From assembly GCA_964016885.1 (NCBI GenBank), contig OZ024742.1, forward strand, positions 61,628,001 through 61,692,000: a DNA stretch of 64,000 bases. Reading direction: 5' to 3'. The notes under the pieces were generated by a model that did not search any database, had not been told where the DNA came from, and worked only from the letters and a program-made list of their open reading frames with translations. This DNA is from Eledone cirrhosa. Lineage: Eukaryota. Below are positions 52,334 to 64,000 of the stretch, in pieces; position 1 is the stretch's first letter, and the number at the start of each line of letters is the position of its first letter. Made by a program: the position numbers and the translations under genes.

Positions 52334-54330
52334 TAAAATAACAGATTAAAGTTTAAGCAAAGAATCGCTGCTTTCACCCTTAACGGGATCTTCTGAAACT
52401 AACAAAGTCAATCTGTAAACGCAGAACTGGATATTTCAAAAAACGTTGCAACCGGAAGAAGACAGGAAGACGATACTTTGGTTCGTGGGAACGTTCGCTG
52501 GCAAAGAACGGGAAAAAACGAATAATACGTCATTAATAGGAGCGGTGAAAAACAATTACGCGCAAAGACAGAACCACGTTTATAGTATAAAAGAGGTCGT
52601 AGACTAATGTTCTCTTAGGTGGTGCATAGAGACGTTCTCTGGCAATGAATGAAAAAACGAAGATAATAATCAAATATACGTACGAGAAGGTATACATACC
52701 TTTACAAAACATACGGGTAATATATACTTACCTATGCAAATAAGTAAAGGAATAAACAAAACATATACTTAGCTCCCACATCAAGACGTAAAATATCCAC
52801 GTATAGATCGTACTATCCGTTAGGGTATAACGTGGGGCTGTAATACAGGAAAGTTTTGTGCAATTTATGTTTACAAGCCGAAATTGCCTCAGATTTTTTG
52901 TTTAAGATGTGGTCTGTGGCGTAGAGTATTTCCAGGGCCTCAGTGGCGCAGAGGTCACAAGGTCTTTTATTTCCGTTATACGATCTAGCCCTAGCTAGGA
53001 TCTCCCGGTGTAACTTATATTGGGTGTGGTTGTCTTTTAGACTCCAGATATAAGCTGAAAGTGACGTCATATTCCTTCTTAGAGGGTAACGAAAAGAATG
53101 GGTATGCATGTAAAGACGCTGCTTGAAACTATTGGCGGTTAACCCTATGTAGGCCCTACGGGACGTGGGTGTTACAACCTTACATTTGTAGACAATGTTA
53201 CTAGAGAGGCATTTCCCGGATAGGGGGCAATCAGCCCGATTCCTACAATTACAGTTAGTACTAACTACAGGGTAGCATGTGTTCCTACGGCTAGGTAGTT
53301 TAGCTAAATTTGAAGCTGTGATGTTATGTGCAAGGTTAGGAGTCGTAGAGTAAGACATTTTAATAGTATTTCTATTAAAAATTTGACTATGTTTATGCGT
53401 AGGGGAAAATGCTTCGTAATAAGGGAAAGAAAGATCTTAGCATGGTGTGGCCACCTCCATATTATATGGTGGGTTAAACCAACAAATGCGACGGGATCTA
53501 TTTCTTCTTGGTCTATTTTCGTACTCTGTATATGCTACCTTATCGACAAATCCACTTCGAGCAAGAGCTTCATTGTAATAAGTGGAATGGTCGTTGAAAA
53601 TGCGCTCGTTGGTGGAAAGACGGGAAAGCCTCAACGAAACGTTTCTTACCAGCTTCTTGGTTATGCTGGCAGGATGGTTGGAATGCTTACTTATGTAATT
53701 AAGCGTTTCATTTGGCTTTCTATACGGGTAATACAACCCATTCAATAAATTGAGGGTAACGTCGAGGTAATTAACGACCGAGAGATTGGCCTCAACCTGT
53801 ATAGAGAGGTTGAAGCCTTTAAAGAAGGCTGTGAGTTCTTTTCTGAACCTGTCGCAAGCACGAGGTCCGCACTTACTCATGGTCAAAAGACCATCGTCAC
53901 GGTACAAACCACCGCCCGCGTTGGGGAATTCGTCCTTGATAGAGAAAAGAAGGAAAAGGCCAATAAGATCAGTAACCTCCGCAGAGTCACTGGCGCCCAT
54001 ACTCACGTCGAATGGGGTACTATTGGATTTTTTAATCCAAATAGAGTCGTCGAAATTAATCACCGACTTTCGGGCATTAAGGATGACATCAACTTCGAAA
54101 TCCTTAACCACTGTGAATGTTTTAGCGAAATTGATAGCTCTAAGGAGAAGTGGTAAAGTCATGGAGGAGTAGTAATTGTTGATGTCGAATTGGATAAAAC
54201 GGCAATGTTCCTTGTTACGTATGCCGTTGAACCAATCAATCACCGCGAAAGAATTGTTCCACAGTGCGAGATGGGCCAAACTTCTAATTTCAGGTAAAAT
54301 TCTATCAAGAATCGTTTTACTAAGTCTACC

Positions 54331-54332
<2 letters not shown>
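52329..54332 (-). mobile_element. Naiad-type PLE, 5'-truncated, between (TA)n tracts
   Basis: ORFs 53437..54279 (QFDINNYYSS, MGASDSAE, GLYRDDGL, NYLDV) and 52813..53358 (CNCRNRADCPL, YIGLTANSFKQR, CDLCATE). Confidence 0.9.
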
Positions 54333-54714
<382 letters not shown>

Positions 54715-56922
54715 AGATAAATCTACCAAAATATACAGTAGTGTCCAATCCGTATGAAGAACTCAATGTAATCCAAATATCATGAAAAGAGAAGATGCAT
54801 TCAAATATTTTCGAGGAAAATCACAGGAAAACAGAGTTAAGATAAATTAATAAAAACAAAGTACAAGTTCCTTATATTAAAAAATTCATCATTTTACGAT
54901 CGTTTCTAGGATATATATGCGTGTTGGTATGTATATCATATAGATCTATGTAAAAATTTTACAAACTATCAGAGGAAATATCCATACCTTCACATATATA
55001 TGCTGTCTTCAGAAATAATTATAATTGTTTATTGAAAAAAACTAACAAAGATTTAATATAATAGGTCTTTTGGGGAACAGGTTTTGAATTAACCAATAGA
55101 GAAGTAGTAAGAGGTCAATTTGATAGAATAGTAGTAGTAGAAATTTAATTTAGGGGTAGAGGAATGCAGACTTAAGTTTTGAATGGAAAGCATACTTTGG
55201 GGATGAAAAAAGGTCAAGTCGGTGAAGGGTACACGAAAATTTGATGTTATTAAAGAATAATGTTAATGTTAAAACCGAAGGAGAATAAAATTTTAGGGTA
55301 AAGGTATTAGTGAAAAATACTAATTTTATTCAAAACACAATGAATTTAGATCTATAACAAGAAATTAAATTAATTGATAGGTATACTTATAGGGATAAAT
55401 TTATATTAATTCATATGGATGTGATAAATAAGAATTAGATGTTATTAAAGAATATTGTTAAAAACGAAGGAAAATAAAATTTTGGGATAAATGTAGTAGT
55501 GAGAAATACCAATCTTATATAGACTACAAGGAGTCTAGATTCATAACAGGAAATTAAATTAATTTATATGTATACTTTTAGGTATTAATTTTAGGAAAAG
55601 AGAGCTGTAAGTGGGGAATAAAATTACGAAGTTCTCTGTAGTAAAGTACTAATTATAAGTTAACTAAATTAAAAAAACTAATTATAATAATATGTAAAAT
55701 ATAAGTGTAAGGTGTATATTAATTAGGTTTATAATATTTGAAAGTTTTTCTAATTCTATGATTGCAAGATATAATTAATTCTTGTCGCTTATTTAATAGG
55801 ATATCCTTAGATTTCATTATTTCAAAAAGTTCCTGCGAGCATAATCTACACTCATATCTGTTATTTTGATAAGGGGTGGCCCTTTTGAGCACACTCCAGG
55901 TCAGGTTGCAATCGATATTCTTTTTTCTATAATTATTAATTGTTTCAGCCAAGGATGTTGTATTAGCTAATGCGGTATTTTTAAAACTATGTTTGTGGGT
56001 ATTAAATCTTACTTTAAATTGGTTAGACGTAGCTCCTATATATGAATAAGTTAAGTCCTTAGTGCTAATTTTACATTTATATACTATGTTATTAATAAGA
56101 CAATTTCCCTTTAATAGGCAATTTCTTTTGTTTCTACAGTTACAACCATTCGTGAATATTATATCAGGGAAGTTAGTCAAATTTGGTGTGGAATTTACTC
56201 GACTTGTTATATATGAAGGAGATGGTGGTTTGTTGCGGTTTATTTTAGTATTATGGTTGGTTTGATGTTTTGGTGGTATATTCGTGTTCTTTTTTTACAT
56301 TTATATGCATTGTACGCACTTATATTTTGTTGTATATCTTTGGTAGTGGAGTAGGAAAATTTGACAGTTGATCTATTTAAAATTTGATGGTATTTATGGT
56401 TTGGCGGGAAGTTTTTCTCTAGGATAGTAAAAAAAATATTTAGGGATATTATCTTTAATTTGTAGATTAAATGGAGCATTATACCAAGTAACTCGTCTAT
56501 TACCGTTTCGATGCTGTTTTTTATATTTATACGATGTATCAGGATGTTTACTAAGAAAGTTAGTATTAGTGAATTTATTATATATAGGTTTAGTTAGATT
56601 AACTGATTAAGGTGTTTTAGTCTGATTATTAGGAATTTTGTTAGTAATGTTATTAACGTATATTGGAGTATTAGGATGAATGGTTTTTTGAAAGTTATTA
56701 TATTTTATGTGAGAAAAGGTAGAGAAATTAAGTTTTAGGTTGGTATTTTGGGGTGTAGTGCGAGTGGCATTTAGGTATGTGTTTTTCATTTGGTGTTTGT
56801 TGGTAATATTGGGTTGTATGTTTGAAGTATTATTGGTGCAAGGTATATAGACTAATTTGTTTTTGTGGCCGCTTCTAGCTAAAGCTTCGTTATAAAAGGG
56901 CGCATTTTTATCGAATACATCC
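54715..56922 (-). mobile_element. Naiad-type PLE remnant (thumb + GIY-YIG, long 3'UTR, hammerhead 54890-55016)
   Basis: FYNEALARSG, HKYHQILNR, CNCRNKRNCLL, YIGATSNQFKVRF, CRLCSQE; ATTT-CTGAAGA-long stem II-GAAAC-GATC-GTA-AAAT. Confidence 0.82.
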
Positions 56923-57022
56923 TATATATATATATGTAAAAGGTAAACAGAAATAACAACACAATCTGTACAGTATATGGAAGGGATATATTAGGTTAAC
57001 GCTTGATATAGCAGGAAGATGG

Positions 57023-57058
57023 TCTTAACGTTTCGGACACTAGTCCTTCATCAAAAGA
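57023..57058 (-). ncRNA. Minimal hammerhead-like motif (U3 variant) in a short PLE end
   Basis: TCTT-TTGATGA-AGGAC(TAGT)GTCC-GAAAC-GTT-AAGA. Confidence 0.55.
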
Positions 57059-57171
57059 AAGAATGAGAAATAAGATAGATTGAGGGGTCGGGCGGGATGA
57101 AATTGGAAAAAAATGTCTTTAGATAAAAATAACAGGTCCATTCATGTTGACATCTCTTGCAAATATATATA

Positions 57172-59262
57172 TACTTTATAAATAACAATCAAAGAGTGTT
57201 TAAAAACCTACAATTACTAACGATCATTTCATTCAAGCACAAGGCCGGAATCATCGTAGTATAAATCAAAGGTAAAAACACAGATAAACTTGTCAAAGAA
57301 TATTCAGGGGATACATAATATGGGAAGAAAGTATAAATAATGAACATTAACATTCATATAAGAGAAGAAATCAAAGATAGAAGAGGCATGTGAAAAATAT
57401 GATCATATAAATGTAAATAAGAGCAGCTAAAAGCATTAAAAAAACTTAGAAACATGCTGGAATAAAGAAATATGCTGCTATAAGGAAGTAAAGCATAATG
57501 CAAGGCATATAAAATAATAATAAATCTACAAATAACAAGCATTACAAAAGTCTATAAAAACTAGTGCATGGATCAAATATAAATTTAAGAACGTAAAAAT
57601 ACATCTTCATAATATAATTTTCAATATATTATTGATAAAGAGTTCTACTATATCTTTCAGCCTAAAGTATATAGATAATCTATAATACTTCAAATGTAAT
57701 AATATCAGCTGGGTGAAGTCAGTAAAATAAACGTTAAAATGTTGTTATTATTAATAAGGGCGTTGGATTGGCAGTATCGGTAGATGGTCAGACGCCATGC
57801 TTTGACGCATAGAGTTACGGGCCTTGCCATTCTGACTTCAAATCTCGCCGAGGTTAACTTTGCCTTTCATCCTTACGGGGTCGATAAAATAAAGTAATTG
57901 CTGGCCTGGTGCCAAAAGTAGAAACAATTATTAATAATTAATCAAACCAATCGAAGGGATTAATATTGAGAATATGACCAGCAAAGTAAGATCCAATATA
58001 TAGTAGTTGCTATCATAAAAAAAAAGTATCACATATAAGAATAGGATTGAAAAAGTCATATATTAAGTATAAACAGCTCCATCTTAACATAGAGATTTAA
58101 AAAATTATTAAATAAAAGTTATTATTAAATAACAGTCATTTATACATATTCTAAATAACATGGAAGGATAAAAGAAATAACAAATTACCTAAAGAATCAT
58201 TACTTATATAAGTGCTATAATTACTATTATTATTCCTAGAATTCCTAGAAGATAATGTGCTATGGGAGTGGTTACTAAAATTACTAGGCACAACATAGCT
58301 AATCATATCATCTACAATACCAGAAGAAAAATATTTACTAATTTTCTTGTTAATACTACTCGCTATGTGATTAGCAATGTTAGGTGTGGTAGAATAAGAG
58401 ATTTTAATGGTATTTTTCTTAATTAAATTATGATATTTATGATCAATTGGGAAATGTTTTTCAATAATAGAGAAGAATACTCTAGGTATATTAGTAGAAA
58501 CATTTAAATTGAAGGGGGGATTAAAATATGAATTTAGCCTTCTTCTATTATTTTTATTTTTGTTACAAATGAGTGAATTCATATGATTATTATTCATAGT
58601 ATTTCTCTTATCTTTAAGATTTATTTTATTAGAGTTGGGAGGGACTGTAGATGGGTGTATATCATCATTTAACCCACTGTTCCAAACAATAACACTGCCA
58701 CCATTATTCTGAATATTTTTTAGGATTTTCATAGCCATATTATGAGAAATAATATTAGGTTGTTTTTTGTAGTTGACAAAAGAGTTTTTAAGGCATAAAA
58801 TTAATTTTATTTTTATATCCAGAACGTGATAAAGCTTCATTATAATAATGAGCCTTATGGTTAGATGTGTCTGCATTGTAAGATAAATTACTAATTCTAT
58901 TAGATACACCTTTAATAATTGAGTTTAAGACAGATCTACGGTGGTTATAATTGATATCAACATAGAAAGGTTTTTCATTAGGTTTATGGTAAGGTTAAGA
59001 GGTTTTATAATACAAGCAAAGGGTAACATCAAGGAAATTAACAGTTTTGTGATCATATCTAAGGTCATACTGACGTTAAAATGTTTTAACCTTTGATTTA
59101 TACCACAATGATTCCGGTCATGTGGTTGGATGAAATGATCGTTAGTTCTTAAACACTCTTTGATTGTTATTTATAAAGTATTTCGGCTCTGTATTATATT
59201 TGTTATTTTACATTGCATTGAGCTATGCTCATACTTGTAATTGGATAATATTTAATATTACC

Positions 59263-59270
<8 letters not shown>
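57172..59270 (-). mobile_element. Old Naiad-type PLE with inverted 3'-end copy (57172-57280 / 59082-59180)
   Basis: PYHKPNE, YYNEALSRSG, YFNPPFNL, HKYHNLI, ISYSTTPN; GIY-YIG not seen. Confidence 0.75.
57758..57935 (+). mobile_element. tRNA-derived SINE (array family) nested in a PLE at a TTA run
   Basis: Flanked by TTATTATTAATAA and ATTATTAATAA; canonical head and core. Confidence 0.85.
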
Positions 59271-59326
<56 letters not shown>

Positions 59327-59965
59327 TGTATATATATAAATTGATAGTCTGCGGCAGAGGAGACCAAGAATCAAAGAAGTACTCGATACATATTTAAATT
59401 TAAATAAATGATGCTCTGAACCAAGGTCCATTGAGCTGCTGTATTGGGAAATATGATCATCATACATTTAATATGTATCGATACTGTAATGTAGTATATA
59501 ACTACTCCAAATTTATTAATATGTTGAGTAGCATTAACTGGGACTGATTTTGGAGCTCTTTCTTGTCCCTATATCTTCTAGCGCTATTTATATCTGCGTT
59601 GGCGGCTGTAAAACGTTTGTTCTGAAACCATTAAGAGTAGTGAGTTAAAGTAAACTCTCTGCCCTTGACAGATATAAAGGTATTTTGTACAGTGTGAGAC
59701 ATATTAAGACAATTCCACTGACGATTAGATCTGTCTTTCGTTGCTTTACCAAATTCGATGGTTGGTAATCGATAATTGATTGCTTAGATCGGTGGTTTTT
59801 CTTCGTTCTTTGGTATATAAAACAGCTGCATGGAAAGAAAGACTTTTTACCATATTAAAGTATGTATATTTTCCTGTATATTATTTGCTCTATACAAAAT
59901 ACGATGTTACTCAAACAATATATGCTTCTTTCTCTCTCCATATATCTTTCAAATTTATATATATA

Positions 59966-60640
59966 TAACATTAAATTAAAAGTCGAATGACATATATATA
60001 TAAAATAAACACATCAAACTATTACTGGGGATAATTTGTAAAGAGTGTAAACACACATAGTTACGGAGGTAACATATTAAAAATTAACAAGACCCTGCAA
60101 TTATGATTAATCTCCTTTGTATATATTCCATTGAAGAAATATATTTCACCATTAATCGGTGAATCATATATGTCAAACCTTGGATCATTAAGCCACTGGC
60201 TTCACGGCGGGGCGATTTGTTTTCTTTAAACCACATGTGCTTTTTCGCCGTTATTCCCTGATTTGTTTTTAGTGTGTAATCATAGATAGTTAAATCTTCT
60301 CCTTTGACGATGATCCAAGATTTGACATCTATGATTTACCGATTAATGGTGAAATATATTTCTTCAATGGAATATATAGAAAGGAGATTAATCATTATTT
60401 CAAGGTTCTTGTTAATTTTTAATATGTTACCTCAGTAACTATGTGTGTTTTCACTCTTTACAAATTATCCTTTGTAATTGTTTGATGTGTTTATTTTATA
60501 TATATATGTCATTCGACTTTTAATTTAATGTTAATAAATGCTCGGATTTACTACTTCGAATCTTCGAACTTATTCCACAGGTTGTATGGCACATGCTTCT
60601 GATATTCTCAGATATGGCATCTTTAATCTAATTTTGGTAG
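59966..60640. mobile_element. Fold-back PLE-type end (arms 59966-60189 / 60310-60533), diverged arms
   Basis: About 225-bp inverted arms with several mismatches; degenerate hammerhead-like (C)GATGA…GAAATATATTTC; (TA)n flanks. Confidence 0.65.
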
Positions 60641-61531
60641 TATATATATATATATATATATATATAAGTGTGTGTGTGTGTATTTAAATTTGAAAGATAT
60701 ATATATATATATGTATATATATATAAAGACAGAAAGAGAATAATTCGGAGTTTATATATTCTTTGAATAATATTATCCACCCGGTTGTCGAACAAAATTT
60801 CTATTGGCAGCCCTTGCATTCTGAGTTCGGCTTCTCTCAATATCAACTTTGCATTCCAGCCTCTCTGGTTTTGTAAAACTATATCATTCAAGTCCTGGGG
60901 CTAATTGAATTACTTACGCTATCATTCCCCACAAAAAGTGTAGTTCTCAAACTATGATTCAGAGCTAAGTTCAAAACCTTTGGATCGGGTCTCTCAAGCT
61001 CAAGACTCAAAAGAGCCATTACGTCCTAAAGGAAGAGCCACAACGAACCAAAAGTGAGGTGAGGGGATGGGGGGTTCCTCTATTTATAATGCTAATCTGC
61101 AATACTTCCGGTGGGCCACATTTTTTTCATCAAAATGAACACGCATATGATAGTAAGTGGGATATGTGAATTAGTTTAAAATGTAGGGGGAGAAATTTTC
61201 CGTTTCAAACGTTTCTTAATTAGTCAGGAAAAACCGCGGAACAGAGAAAAATAGTTGTGAGCCGCATATTTGAGACCCTGTAGTTCAATATGTACAAGTA
61301 CTCATAATCAGACTGATAAAATTATACTTTACAAATTTCAAAATCATATCCAAATCTGTAGGAATATTTTTTTTAGACCATAAACTATATTAATATTATA
61401 TTACTTTTATATTACTTTTATCGATCTTTTTGTCAAATTACTAAATGTTGAGACATGAATACACTGGAAACATAAACATAGATATGGATACACACATGCA
61501 TATGAATGTGCGTGTGTATGTGCGTCTGTTG

Positions 61532-61598
<67 letters not shown>

Positions 61599-61634
61599 CG
61601 GGTGTGTTTGTGTGTGTTTCCTCTTCCAAATTTC

Positions 61635-61750
61635 ACTCACAAGCTTTTGGTCAATCCGTGACTATAGTAACAAGGTGTCCTCTAGTGGGATTGAGTCTGA
61701 AACCATGTGATTGAGAAGTAAACTCCTTAACTGCACACCCATACCTGCGC
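61635..61750 (-). mobile_element. Third tRNA-derived SINE family adjoining (TG)n
   Basis: Reverse strand GCGCAGGTATGGGTGTGCAGTTAAGGAG…TCAATCCCACT…AAAAGCTTGTGAGTG. Confidence 0.55.
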
Positions 61751-63539
61751 TTTACAGGAATAGTCTCGTGTTTTTAAACCGTCCATTGAAAGAGATACAT
61801 TGTATAGCAAGGCTAACCTCAGCTGTTGCTACTCATGTTCATTTAAGTGAACTGGAAAGTCAAACGAAGTAGCCTGCTCAACATTTCGCTCATGACACCA
61901 ACACCTTAACCACTAATCTGTGTACCTTTCATAATTTCAACAACACTCAATGCTTGACCTAAGAAATCTTGATTTCTTCTCATCCTTATTACTGAGGGCC
62001 GAAGACCATGGACAATAGCACCAATGCTCATTCATCTATATTGTTGTTGACGGGTTGTATTGGGTTACATGTTACCAGTAGCGCTGATATTTCCTTAGAA
62101 ATCTACTCCAAAATTAGTTAAAAACTTCACTTCGCAATCATAATTCTCGGACAAATGTCATTTACTTTACACCAAAATCCACCCAGGTATTATGAGCAAA
62201 TTTGGGGTAGACAGAAATTGTTTGGAAGCTCGTCTGTTGAACTATACAAATGATTCAAAAGGTGACCTTCACGTTAACCTTCAAAAGGTCCCTCTTTTAC
62301 CTTAATCTCCCTGGGAATTATTTTCAGGGCACATGTGTCAGTGTAATAAAGACAGGTTAAGTTGACAAGCAGACTTTCCTTTTATCGAACAACGGCAATA
62401 CTTATCGTCGAACTCCAGTTGAGATCCTATTCCATTAAATTTCATTCAGAAAGTTAGATTTGCGAATCTCGATCAAAACTTATAACGAAGTCATATTCAA
62501 TAGAGTATCAAATCTATACAATAACACATGAGTATCTAGCGACGTTCAAGAAATAATTGAATATCACAAACATACAGTCCCGTGTAAGGGGAAACACAAA
62601 ATAAAGGTCACAGTGTATAATCCGCCATGTTCAATCAATTTTAGCACTTCGACTGGAAAAGAAATTTCACTTTCCTCCAAGGAATAAATATAGAAGAATT
62701 TTCTATTTAAGTTCACTCAAAATAAGCTATTCAGTACTAACAATCTTCACAAATTCACTATCCTCCATTTTTAATGAACGATTCAAGTTAGAAAAACATG
62801 AACAATATAACATCATACAATGCAACCACGATGCATATAACTTATGTCCAGTCGATGACAATTGTCTAGAAAAGTCAGTTATTGATGCAGCCACTGTCAC
62901 GTTTAACATTAATCAGAAAAGAAGAGAATAGATTACATTGGAATGACAGTAACTCAATTTAAGATCAGATATAATCAGCATAATTATACATTTAGAAAAT
63001 CACTATAAATATTTGACACGAGCATAATGACACATACCTTGTGTTTGAAAAATAATAATCTAACTTACAATATCAGTTGACATATTTTAAAGAATGCAAT
63101 GTTTTATACGCAAGCTAATTCTTTTGTATCTTGTGCATCCTTGAAAATATTTTGATTTTAATATACAATAAAACGCTGAATGAGCACACTGAGTTTAATT
63201 CTTTTTCTGTGTCCTGAAAGGTCGATAAACCCTGAAAGATCGATTAAACACATTTTCCTTTTTTATATCTTTATGTATTGAACATTACAACAATGTTAAA
63301 ATGATATCCCCTTGAAACTAACTCTTTTGGCCTTTTCATAATAACTATGTACAATGGCTTCCATCTTCTGTATAACGACCCGTTTACACAAATCAATGTA
63401 CACATGATAATCATTGGACTATTTAAACACACGAATACACATTCATTCCATGACTATACACCTCGCCATAAAGGAGATTATTATAACTGGTGTCTAAGAA
63501 TTCGTAAAAACTATTGATTTGCAACCGATCTTCTCTTAA

Positions 63540-63745
63540 TAATTGTTTCTTCTTTTGGCACAAGGCCAGCAAGTTGAAGGGAAAGTCGATTAAATCAATC
63601 ACAGTACATGACTGATTTTGTCGACCATGTCAATAAAAGGAAAATATGATGATGACGAAATTTGAATTCTGAAAGTAAAGGACTGAAACTTTATAATGCA
63701 AAGTATGTTCATCGCCGCTCTATCGATACTACCATGCACCGCCCT
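63540..63745 (-). mobile_element. tRNA-derived SINE (array family), diverged
   Basis: TAATAATTGTTTCT…GGCACAAGGCCAGC…CACCGCCCT is the reverse complement of tail and head. Confidence 0.7.
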
Positions 63746-63894
63746 ATTTTCTGTTAATAACTGTTAATAAGTATTTACTTTGAGTATATATCATCTCAAG
63801 ACGACGCCGCTCATCAGACAACTTTCCCAATTAGTCCTTCACATTTTAAGGCATGAAAATATGATTGAGAGATATTCCGCTGGCATCTCGACCA

Positions 63895-64000
63895 GGACCG
63901 CAAATTGACAGAGTCGTTAGAACGGTGGACAGAATACCTTGTGGTGTTTTGTTCGGTTCTTTGAGCTCAAATCCTGCCGAAGTCAACTTTGCCTTTCGTC
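63895..64000 (+). mobile_element. SINE head running off the window end
   Basis: TTGACAGAGTCGTTAGAACG…CAAATCCTGCCGAAGTCAACTTTGCCTTTC. Confidence 0.65.

Noticed and set aside
60985-61282. hAT-type MITE suggested by TTTGAGACCCTG end
   Set aside because: The left TIR is too degenerate and no target-site duplication was found.
62727-62909. Short ORF in unique-looking sequence
   Set aside because: 60 aa, no motif; expected by chance.

Overview
This is AT-rich, microsatellite-dense animal genomic DNA; the SINE families look octopus/cephalopod-like (inference). I can support no host protein-coding gene, and the window is almost entirely retroelements. (1) L1/Tx1-clade LINEs form two subfamilies: A has a head-to-tail pair at 1-10648 plus a relic at 12.4-14.0 kb, all ending in (ATT)n; B has two tandem copies at 36.7-41.3 kb flanked by (TATC)n. 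(2) A tRNA-derived SINE has a 3' end resembling the Tx1 3' end and forms (ATT)n-linked arrays with it. (3) About 20 Penelope-like element (PLE) copies or ends, mostly Naiad-type RT + GIY-YIG, sit mainly in (TA)n. Many are fold-back/inverted (largest arms about 1.85 kb) and carry type I hammerhead ribozyme motifs, including U3:A8 core variants and a non-coding retrozyme-like unit. (4) There are two RTE LINEs and an R4/Dong-like element in (TATG)n. The most striking patterns are the partitioning of microsatellite targets among families, self-extending LINE/SINE arrays, and repeated palindromic hammerhead-bearing PLE insertions whose short arm stops at an internal TA. All family assignments come from motif recognition by eye, not database searches.
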